Assembly: GCA_002104945.1 (NCBI GenBank)
Contig: MCFH01000137.1
Location: forward strand, 1-28,836
From: Piromyces finnis finn
Lineage: Eukaryota > Fungi > Neocallimastigomycota
DNA length: 28,836 nt
Direction of reading: 5' to 3'
Shown: piece by piece, positions 12,285 to 20,753 of the stretch
How positions within the stretch are numbered: position 1 is the stretch's first letter
Layout: each line of letters opens with the position of its first letter
Translations under genes and position numbers: made by a program
The notes under the pieces: model-generated
The model's input: only the letters and a program-made list of their open reading frames with translations
What the model was told of the DNA's origin: nothing
Database searches by the model: none

Positions 12285-12853
12285 CTATCGACTACTGAAT
12301 TGTTATCGGAGTTAATAGAACTATCAGAATTAATTGTTGAATGATGAGGTTGAAATTGTGATTGTTGTAGATCTGGAGTATATTCATGTTGGAGATCTTG
12401 TTGAAGATCTGAACGTTGATGAGATTGTTGAGATGATTGTTGAGTTGATTGTTGAATTGTTTGTTGAATTGATTGTTGTTGTTTATTGGAAACTAAAAAT
12501 TTACGTTTGAGTGAAGAAAAAGTGTATTTGTGATTCCTTCTACTACGAGCTGAAAAGGAAATTTTGACAGTTGAAAGTTTCTTTCTTAAGATGTGTAAAA
12601 TATTATAACAGTCTTTCACTGAACCATGAACCTTGACTAAGAAAAAGTGATCATTGAAATTCTTCAAATATTTAACACTAATAACTGAATTAAAATTGTC
12701 CTTCAGAATAACCTCGAGTTTTTCCCATAGTTTGCTAACTGACCATGATCGAATACCACGGATAAAGAAGGATCTAATATTATCTAAGGGGATACCATAA
12801 GAGCGGGTACCACGTCTGATATAATTCTTATCTTTGATATAAAGGACGGACAT
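11945..12853 (-). CDS. LINE ORF1-like (possible RRM-like N-terminus, Gln/Ser-rich linker); the part downstream of about 12270 is probably an out-of-frame shadow of pol
   Basis: Directly upstream of pol on the same strand; basic/aromatic N-terminal ~115 aa and QQS/QQT 4-aa repeats. The C-terminal ~105 codons overlap the APE-coding frame. Confidence 0.65.
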   Translation of the reverse strand: MSVLYIKDKNYIRRGTRSYGIPLDNIRSFFIRGIRSWSVSKLWEKLEVILKDNFNSVISVKYLKNFNDHFFLVKVHGSVKDCYNILHILRKKLSTVKISFSARSRRNHKYTFSSLKRKFLVSNKQQQSIQQTIQQSTQQSSQQSHQRSDLQQDLQHEYTPDLQQSQFQPHHSTINSDSSINSDNNSVVDSSSITPHLIIGHLIPLTHHPLITMTIIIIIVIATILAHPTSPIIFLSVLVGIPMGGIMRREIALAISQLFLNHYFYAFKKLVMVLDRIQSILVVLLYEIIDTFSRKLMNQFLE

Positions 12854-12958
12854 GATAATTAATTCTAATTAAAAAATAAATTGAATATAAAATAAGAACT
12901 AATAAATAATTATAAATATAATGGGAAAAAAACTGTATCTCTCTTCTTAAAAAAGTAC

Positions 12959-13085
12959 TGGATAGTACAAAAAATTGTTTCAATGCTTTGATTATAATTT
13001 CTTTTTTGAATTTGAAGTTGTAATTTTTCTTTGTAAATTCTAGTTTTGGTTTGTTGTTAGTAAATTCGATTCGCTTTTTTGACAC
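12959..13085 (-). CDS. Possible upstream coding exon of LINE ORF1 (42 aa, MSKKRIEF...FFVLS)
   Basis: A GT..AG, AT-rich 94-bp segment at 12865-12958 (GTACTT...TTAATTAG) would splice this exon in frame (phase 1) to KLII-MSVLY. Inference only. Confidence 0.3.
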
Positions 13086-13450
13086 TAAAAATTATTTGAC
13101 TTTACTTTTCATAAATATTTAAATTGGTAAGATTTTAAATCGGAATTGAATGTCGACATCAGAAAGATTGTGAATAGTATTTTTACATGATACAGAGTGA
13201 ATCAATCTCTTACAGGAAACAATTCAACAATAGCTACATGAATATAAAAATACAATGCAAATGCTAAAGTTGACTACATTGGATTCTTACAAGAGAAGAG
13301 TAGTACTACATGAATACATGAATTAAAAGAAAAAATACAGCAACAAAAATGTATTACTCTTCTAATTAAATACTAAACAAACTTACCTGAATATCAACAT
13401 TCAACTTATCCATCAAATAAACTAATACTCGATGGAAAAAAAAAAATAAT

Positions 13451-13590
13451 TCGCCCAGTACCATGAGCTTAGTCTTTATAATATTTCCCAATAAAGACCA
13501 ACCAAACATCCATTGCGCAATGATTGGATTTATTTATTATTTTTTCTACTCGCTCAGTACCATGAGCTTGAGTACCATGAGCTTGAGTAG
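13451..13590. repeat. Three copies of AGTACCATGAGCTT (13457, 13556, 13571) in the putative LINE 5' UTR
   Basis: Exact 14-mers. Copies 2 and 3 are tandem with a 15-bp period; copies 1 and 2 share a TCGCYC prefix. Confidence 0.9.
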
Positions 13591-14107
13591 ACCCCTTCGG
13601 GAAACTTCATTTTAATAAATGACGGTACGTTCCCTCGGGGGATGTTGTACAAAGACTCTGTTCATGCATGTAACTATTATTACTTTAATCCTTTAGACTA
13701 TTAAATTAATAATAAAATATTCAAAAGTAAATAATGCACCATGGAGTTTGGGTTAAAATAAAACTTTTACACACCTATACTTTTTAATAATTCTATTTAT
13801 TACTTTATTTTTTTATTTATTTTTTTTTTTTTTTTTACCATTTTACCTTTATCATTCAGGTAAAACTTGATTTATTTTTTAATTATATAAAAACATTGAT
13901 TTTTATTATTTCATAGGATATGTAGAATATGTATTATAATAAAAATCTTTTTTTTTTTTTTTTTTTTATGAAATTTCTATTATTTATAGTTGTTTTTTTT
14001 TTTTTCTATTTATTTTTTTTTAATAGGATTTTTAATTTTTAATTTATTTATTTTTTTTAAAAATAGAATAATAATTGATATAATGACTTTTTTTTTCTTT
14101 TTCAAGT

Positions 14108-14836
14108 CTATCCTCTATAACAGAATAATTCATCAACCTTAACTTCACGAGTATAAGCAAATACACCATAAGCAATATATCCGCTGCAGTCTTTTTCACT
14201 GTAATTAGCACCAGCATAATAATATAATTCGTAAAGATCAGTGTATCCTGGAACGAGTTGATAAAATTCATAGACTGTGAATTCATTATTTTTATATCCC
14301 AAATCAGCTTCATCAATGAAATCTACATTAGTTAAAGTATAGTAGTGAGGTTCACCCTTACTGTCACCTCCTCCTTCTTGTACAGTATATTTACTTAAAT
14401 CTGCTTTATATTGTCCACCAAATTTTTTATCGATGAAGAATTGAATAAATTCTTCTAGATTCATTGGTGTTTTACCTTCAATATATCTTTCTCTAGCATT
14501 TGATACAAATTCTAAATTATCAGTAATAGTGTAATCATTTAATACAAATTCAAGGTTATCAGAAAGAGAATAATCCTTAAGTTTGATATAAATCTTTGCT
14601 TTTTCTCCTATACTATAACCATTGGCAAGTTGTGTAACTTCAATGTAAAAAGCTTTAGCACGGCTATCTGGAACATAGGCATTATACATGTAATTTAAAC
14701 CTTTACCATACTTTTCAGAGATATGATCTTCTACTAATTTATAAATTTCTTCTCTTGGTATATCATCAAATCTGTCATTACAGAAAGCCTTTATAATTAG
14801 TAAAGACAAAAAAAATAGATATAATAACTTTGCCAT
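14108..14836 (-). CDS. Secreted hypothetical protein (242 aa), single exon
   Basis: N-terminal signal-peptide-like MAKLLYLFFLSLLIIKAFC; coding-like composition; internal tandem 13-aa duplication DYSLSDNLEFVLN/DYTITDNLEFVSN. No family recognised. Confidence 0.8.
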   Translation of the reverse strand: MAKLLYLFFLSLLIIKAFCNDRFDDIPREEIYKLVEDHISEKYGKGLNYMYNAYVPDSRAKAFYIEVTQLANGYSIGEKAKIYIKLKDYSLSDNLEFVLNDYTITDNLEFVSNARERYIEGKTPMNLEEFIQFFIDKKFGGQYKADLSKYTVQEGGGDSKGEPHYYTLTNVDFIDEADLGYKNNEFTVYEFYQLVPGYTDLYELYYYAGANYSEKDCSGYIAYGVFAYTREVKVDELFCYRG

Positions 14837-15689
14837 TATATTATTTTATTCCTTTTTATTTTTTTTTATTTTTATTTTCTTTACTTTTTTTAATTTATTC
14901 AAGTTATATTTTCAACTTTATTTTTTTATTTTATTTTATAATTATTATAACGACGACTAAAACAATAATTATAAAGTTTTAAATAAAAGAAAATTATTTG
15001 GTGGATTTTCTTTTTTCTTTTATATGTATTTGTATATTTCTTTGATACATCACTAATATAATAAGAAATATATGAATCCCATATATTAAAATATATACTA
15101 TACATTTTAAAATATATTAAAATATATAATTAAAAATAAATTTAATATAACTTCGGAAACGTAGTACAAATTCATAAATTAAAAAAGTTTTGTTAACAAA
15201 AACTTTAATTCTTAATAAACCAAAATTAAATTGATAACTTAAATTAATATATTGTTTTTTGGAATTAATATGTAATAACTTATAAAGTATAATATAATAG
15301 ATAATATAATTATCTATATTATCTATAATGATTTCCATGTTGTTGGTAAAGGAATAAAGAAAGGAAGTTTTAATGTATGATTCTATAAAGCACAGTAAAA
15401 AATGAGCAACATGTAATAAAATTTTTATTTATAACCTATTGAGCTTACATATTAACTAACCCTGGAAATAAATAAATAAAGCGAAACATGATAAAATATA
15501 TATATTTGTTTATAATAAAAAATAAAATTTTCTTTTCTATATCGTTAGGTAGATTCAATTTTTTATTCAACAAAAATTTTTATCCATTTTTCATTTTATT
15601 TTTTAAAAAAATATAATAATTATATAAACTTTAATTTATATAAATATTTTATTTTAATATATATATTTAATAAAATTATATTAAATTCT

Positions 15690-15895
15690 TGTTAGAATAT
15701 GTGAAACGTTATGTCACATGTATTCAAATGTATTGAAATGTATTAAAACGTATTTGTATATATTGTATTTGATTATATGTTTAAGCCACAATGTAAATGT
15801 ATAAATACATGTAGTTTGAGAAGAATGTAACGTAAGTAGTTCTTTATCATAAAATATATTAATAAAGTTGACATAATTATAAACAACTCTTAATA
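15690..15895 (+). repeat. 5' LTR (206 bp)
   Basis: TGTTAGAATA...CTCTTAATA, with AATAAA at 15861. Differs from the 3' LTR by one substitution and an 11-bp deletion (CTAAATTAAAC). Confidence 0.93.
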
Positions 15896-15907
15896 GATTA
15901 AGAGTCT
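15896..15907 (+). other. Degenerate primer-binding site
   Basis: GATTAAGAGTCT directly after the LTR; 8/12 match to GGTTATGAGCCC, the half-tRNA-iMet type PBS known from copia-group elements. Confidence 0.5.
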
Positions 15908-16619
15908 CATTGACTCTCAAGAGAGAATCTCAATGCCTCTTAAAAGGATTCTTAGAAATGGAATAAGAGTGCTGGACACTAAATTATGACAAAGGAGAAA
16001 ACAGTAGGAAATTCTAACCATTACAATTAAATTATTTAATCTGAAATTATCTATGTTTGGTAAAATTGTTTTGAGATCTAGAATTTGAGATTTCAAAATT
16101 TTGAAATTGAAATGGCAATCTAAAATAGAAAAACATTACCTGATATAAACAAAGTTTCCTTATACTAAAATAATATAGACAATTTTAAATTCCGAAAGCA
16201 AATTATTCTAAAATTGAATTTTAAATTTTTTTAACTTTTAATTTAAATCTTTAAATTTAAAAATAAACAAAACAAATTGAACTCTAAATAATTTTGAACC
16301 AACATAAAATTTATTTTATTCAAATACAACCAACGCCTAAAACTCAGAAATAAATTAAAGTATTCAAAATTGAAAAGAATTAATTATTTTAGAAACTATT
16401 TATGAATAAATATTGTAAAATTAAATTCAAAGTTAATAAAGTACAAATTCGAAATATAAATTTAGAATTAAATAAACAATAGAATTTCATTCTCAGTTTA
16501 CTTTATTCACTACAAACAGTATAAATTAACTAGTGAACTCTAAATTTATTTTATATAATTATTTACAATTGAGTTATTAAATTTCATCAAATATATTAAT
16601 ATTATAAATACTCCAAAGA

Positions 16620-17822
16620 ATGAGATTAAGAAGCAAAGTAATATATTTTTTAAATATTTTTTCGACAATTTTAATTCTACCATTGGTAATTGCTGAAAAT
16701 CAAAAATGTCATGTAACCAATGTCGGAACAGGTGTTTGCGTTAGAGAGGATCAATGTAAATTAAATGATAAACAAACTGGCAATGCTAAAGCATATGCAG
16801 GTTTTTGTACACATGACTCAGTTAATATTAAGTGCTGTATAAAAAATGTCAATACACTTACAGATGGAACAATTCTTCCAAGTACAGGAAAATGTAAAAA
16901 TATAAATGAAAATGGCTGTTCAGAAGAATCTTACACGAGATATTTAAACCAATGCCCAGGAGAGAGTGTTGTTCAACTATGTGTTCCAAATACAAATCTA
17001 AATAATGATCAATTAAAAGTAAGTGACAATATAATTAACATAATCAAAGGTTTTGAAGGATGTGTATTAACTGCCTATTTAGATCCGGTTGGAGTATGGA
17101 CTATTGGTTACGGTACTACCAGTGCTAACTCTGATATTACTGGAACATATATCAACGAGGGCTTAACAATAGATGAAAAAACTGCAGAGAAATGGTTAAA
17201 ACTTTCAATCGAAAAAAAATATGGTCCTAATGTAAAATCTTTCAATTATAAATATAATTGGAATCAAAATGAATATGATGCATTATGTAGTTTTGCTTAT
17301 AATGTTGGAAGTATTGATGGATTAACTAATAATGGTCGGAGAACAAAGGAAGAAATTAATAAAAAGATTTTAGAATACAACAAAGGATATGTAAACGGTG
17401 TTTTAAAACCTCTTCCAGGATTAGTAAGAAGAAGAGCAGCTGAGGCTGCACTATTTGCAGGTTGTGACTATTCAACCTATATCAATTTTGGTAAAACATA
17501 TACTAAAATTGGTATAGAAATTTGTGATCATATTGGTGAATTTTATATTAAAAAGTTATGCGATCTTGGTTATAAAGTTGACATTAGTAAAGTCAGTATA
17601 TCCAAAATACCAATTATCTCTAACAATACCGATATAACTAATATTTCTAATGACATTAATATAGTTGATAGTGAATCTTGTGGTTATTATATTGTTGATA
17701 ACCAACTTAATGACGAACAAGAAGATTCAAACGGAACTGTAAACTTCAAATATATTTCTCTCGCAAATGTATTTATTATTTTAATGTCAGTAATGTTTTG
17801 GAAAATAAACATTGTATATTAG
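16620..17822 (+). CDS. Secreted, probably surface-anchored GH24 (phage-type) lysozyme: signal peptide, Cys-rich N-terminal repeats, GH24 domain (17019-17456), hydrophobic C-terminal tail
   Basis: Catalytic E-x8-D-x5-T (E146, D155, T161 in FEGCVLTAYLDPVGVWTIGYG), NQNEYDALCSFAYNVG and GLVRRRAAEAALF are GH24 signatures. 400 aa, intronless; C-terminus ISLANVFIILMSVMFW is hydrophobic (TM or GPI signal). Confidence 0.93.
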   Translation: MRLRSKVIYFLNIFSTILILPLVIAENQKCHVTNVGTGVCVREDQCKLNDKQTGNAKAYAGFCTHDSVNIKCCIKNVNTLTDGTILPSTGKCKNINENGCSEESYTRYLNQCPGESVVQLCVPNTNLNNDQLKVSDNIINIIKGFEGCVLTAYLDPVGVWTIGYGTTSANSDITGTYINEGLTIDEKTAEKWLKLSIEKKYGPNVKSFNYKYNWNQNEYDALCSFAYNVGSIDGLTNNGRRTKEEINKKILEYNKGYVNGVLKPLPGLVRRRAAEAALFAGCDYSTYINFGKTYTKIGIEICDHIGEFYIKKLCDLGYKVDISKVSISKIPIISNNTDITNISNDINIVDSESCGYYIVDNQLNDEQEDSNGTVNFKYISLANVFIILMSVMFWKINIVY

Positions 17823-18412
17823 AATTCTCCTAATTTACTCAATTTATTAAATTTATTAATTTGATTTTGATCTACTCACTATGTCAATTTACATTCATCA
17901 TCATTTAAAAATCCATATATTCAATTATGTAAATATTCATAAACATACAATCAACGTTTCCACAAACATTCATTTTATTTTTAAAAGAACTAGTTTTATT
18001 AACATTCATAAAATAGCATTATTGTTATTGAAAGCATAGCATACATATTTATTTCAAGTAAATAAATTGTTTGTGAAATATTCAAATACTTTAACTACTA
18101 CTATTTTAATGAGAAAATATTCTTTCCGCCATAGAGGAAAGATAGAACATAAAGAAAATACATAAAATTTATACAATTAGAAACATGAATTAGAATAATT
18201 AAACATTATTTGATAAGTTTATATAAAATATCCTATTACAATGAAATTATACAAAAAGAATTGAACTATCCTTGTGAAAATGTCAAACAACCTCTTCATG
18301 ATAATATCACTCAAAATTAGTATATATTATTTAATCCAGTATACAACTCTTTGAATTGATTTACTATAACAACACATTAAGATAATATATTTAGCCTCAA
18401 AAGCATTATTAA

Positions 18413-18504
18413 AGTTATTGCTAATCTACAAAGCAAATATATTTCTGGTCAAATGCTCATCCCGTAGGCAATTATTAGTTATTGCTAATCTACAAAGCAA
18501 ATAT
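18413..18504. repeat. Two exact 28-bp direct repeats (AGTTATTGCTAATCTACAAAGCAAATAT) separated by 36 bp
   Basis: Copies at 18413-18440 and 18477-18504; each has an internal TTGCT/AGCAA inverted repeat. Confidence 0.9.
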
Positions 18505-18539
18505 TTTAAATGAGGTAATTTATTAAAGTTAGAAATGCT

Positions 18540-18650
18540 TAGCGTGAAATGAGCATATTCTACACATATATATTTAGAATGACCTAGCGTGAAATGGGTG
18601 CATTCAATAATATTTTAACAACTTATCATGATTTAACTTAGCGTGAAATG
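18540..18650. repeat. TAGCGTGAAATG x3 with unrelated spacers
   Basis: Exact 12-mers at 18540, 18585 and 18639. Confidence 0.9.
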
Positions 18651-19752
18651 AGTTATATTCATAGATAATTATTAATGATGGTTTTAGACCTATATATATT
18701 TAATTTGGCCCCATCAATAACAATGTAGCACCTTCATAGTAAGGGCTCCTTAGATTTAGATGACATTGATTCATCATATTTATTTATTACCAACATTCAA
18801 GAATGTTGTGACGCCGTTTTAAAATATAATTTACGGTGATTTAGTAACCTCATATATAAATCGCCACTTTCAACGTAGTGAGTGATCGCCGACCAATTAG
18901 CTGACATTCTAATTAACCGAGCCGACTTCGATATAATTTAGAAGAACTTTATTCTCTTCAACAATCGATATTTTAAATGTCATTATCTTACAATATTAAC
19001 TTGTTATAATTTTACTGGTATATCTACTTATTTTAATTTGAAGTAAAGAAATACATAATTGAGGAATATTTTATTCATTAGTTTGATATTCTATGATTAT
19101 CACTACATTAAAATATATTATCATGAAAATATTATTTCACTATATTTTAAAGGATAAGCAATTGAGAAAAATGAATGAAAACATTAGAATATGTTATTTA
19201 TTATTTATATAGGTATTAATACTTATCGTATATGTTATGGAAAATTATTCATTATTATGAAAATTTGATGCAAAATGAATGAAATTTTATGAAATTTAAA
19301 TTTCTCATTTTCAAATCTAAATATTTATTACTAAACATCTAGATTTGAGGGGGAAGTAGTGAATATACGAAATTTAAAATTCAAGATAATAATTTTTGTT
19401 TCTAGTTAAACATTGGAAATAACTAAAACATTGCATAGAAACTAAGGCTTAATAAATAGAATGAATTGAAATTCAAATTGTAAAAATTTATAAGATTCAA
19501 TATTCAATATGTAAAAATGAAAAGAACAAAATTTCAAATACAAAGTAAAATATTCTTAAATATTATAAGAATAATTAATCAATACAAAAGGCATAAAAGG
19601 AAGGAAAAACACCTAAAAGAAAATGTTAAAATTCAATATACATAAACTAAATAACTATTAAGAATTTAATTAAAATTTTACCATTATTAATTAGTATTTA
19701 CAAATAGATTGAAATACAATTATGCTAATATTCTAAAGAAAATTGTAATTAT

Positions 19753-20050
19753 AAGGACATAAAACCAGAGAGTTATCCATAGGTTGTCCGAAGAACGTAA
19801 AACCAAGAAGATTAACCATAGGTTGTTAAGAGAACGTAAAACCAAAAAGAGTTATCCATATGTGTTGTCATAAGGACGTAAAATCAAAGGTTAACCATGA
19901 GTTGTTAAGAAAACGTAAAACCAAAGAGGTAAACCATGCGTTGTCATAAGGACGTAAAATCAAAGAGATAAACCATGTGTTGTCTATAATTCTGTGTAAA
20001 TCTCAGAGAGATTACCAATATAGTTTATAGGATAATGTAAAACCGGAAGG
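19753..20050. repeat. Degenerate tandem array of ~36-43-bp units (consensus about AAGGACGTAAAACCAAAGAGGTTAACCATGTGTTGTCAT), 6 clear plus ~2 decayed copies
   Basis: Recurring CGTAAAA(C/T)CA and CCAT...GTTGT cores, located in the 3' internal region of the LTR element. Confidence 0.9.
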
Positions 20051-20346
20051 GTTTTCAATCCTTAATGGATGGTATAACAATTTATGAATATCCAATCCAA
20101 ATTTTAAACTTTAATACTACCCAATTATACAAAGGTTTTCAGTTTATCCATAAAAACGAAGTTATAGGGTAATATTTAAATTCTTTAAAGCAATTAGCGA
20201 ATAATATATGTGAAATATTTTAAATTCCAATTAATGAAATATAAAAATTTTAAACATTAGATTTAGTTTATAGTTAATAGTTTAGAAATAATAAAATGCA
20301 CATATTCACCAGCAAACCAAATTTTACTTAGTAGAAAATTAGGTTT

Positions 20347-20355
20347 GAGGGGGAA
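20347..20355 (+). other. Polypurine tract
   Basis: GAGGGGGAA immediately before the TG of the 3' LTR. Confidence 0.9.
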
Positions 20356-20572
20356 TGTTAGAATATGTGAAACGTTATGTCACATGTATTCAAATGTATT
20401 GAAATGTATTAAAACGTATTTGTATATATTGTATTTGATTATATGTTTAAGCCACAATGTAAATGTAAAAATACATGTAGTTTGAGAAGAATGTAACGTA
20501 AGTAGTTCTTTATCATAAAATATATTAATAAAGTTGACATAATTATAAACCTAAATTAAACAACTCTTAATA
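20356..20572 (+). repeat. 3' LTR (217 bp)
   Basis: TGTTAGAATA...CTCTTAATA followed by the TSD ATTCT. Confidence 0.93.
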
Positions 20573-20586
20573 ATTCTATTAATATT

Positions 20587-20753
20587 ATTAGAATATGTGA
20601 AATATATGACTCTTGTATTAAGAAATATATTAAAACGTATTGTATTTGATTAAATATTTAAGCCACAATGTAAATGAATAAATACATGTAGTTTGAATAG
20701 AAAGTTAACTATATTATCATAATTATAAAACCTAAATTAAACCACTCCTAATA
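20587..20753 (+). mobile_element. Older, diverged solo LTR of the same family (~167 bp)
   Basis: TATTAGAATATGTGAAA...TTAAGCCACAATGTAAATG..AAATACATGTAGTTTGA...CCTAAATTAAACCACTCCTAATA aligns to the young LTRs with many substitutions and deletions; no TSD. Confidence 0.85.

Larger units (their letters stand above)
8768..13670 (-). mobile_element. Non-LTR retrotransposon (LINE) with APE endonuclease, RT and C-terminal CCHC zinc finger; 5' end approximate
   Basis: Pol motifs as listed in the next feature; 3' end in an (AAT)n tract at 8768-8865. The 5' boundary is guessed from the drop back to AT-rich sequence near 13670. No TSD found. Confidence 0.88.
15690..20572 (+). mobile_element. Non-autonomous LTR retroelement (Ty1/copia-like signals), 4,883 bp, carrying a lysozyme gene
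   Basis: Two near-identical direct LTRs, identical 5-bp flanks ATTCT (15685-15689 and 20573-20577), PPT abutting the 3' LTR, PBS-like sequence abutting the 5' LTR, and no long gag/pol ORF. Confidence 0.92.

Noticed and set aside
13575-13640. Hammerhead-like arrangement on the plus strand (UUCG hairpin, GAAAC, stem, GUA)
   Set aside because: The required CUGANGA core is absent (UUGAGUA breaks the 3-8 pair), and it is antisense to the LINE.
8740-13700. Target-site duplication for the LINE
   Set aside because: No match found between the 3' flank (GATATGATATACAAG) and candidate 5' flanks, so the 5' boundary remains approximate.
14044-14316. 90-aa ORF
   Set aside because: Out-of-frame overlap with the better-supported 242-aa gene.
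15117-15920. ORFs 15117-15338 and 15714-15920
   Set aside because: AT-rich chance ORFs; the second lies antisense within the 5' LTR.
16112-16600. Possible copia gag remnant (MAI*NRKTLP...DNFKFRKQIIL)
   Set aside because: Resemblance is too weak and stop-ridden to support without an alignment.
18540-18551. Similarity of TAGCGTGAAATG to the SSU rRNA motif TAGCGGTGAAATG
   Set aside because: Only 12 bp with an indel and no flanking rRNA similarity; coincidence.
19753-20050. CRISPR array
   Set aside because: Whole units are mutually similar with no unique spacers, there are no cas genes, and the context is eukaryotic.
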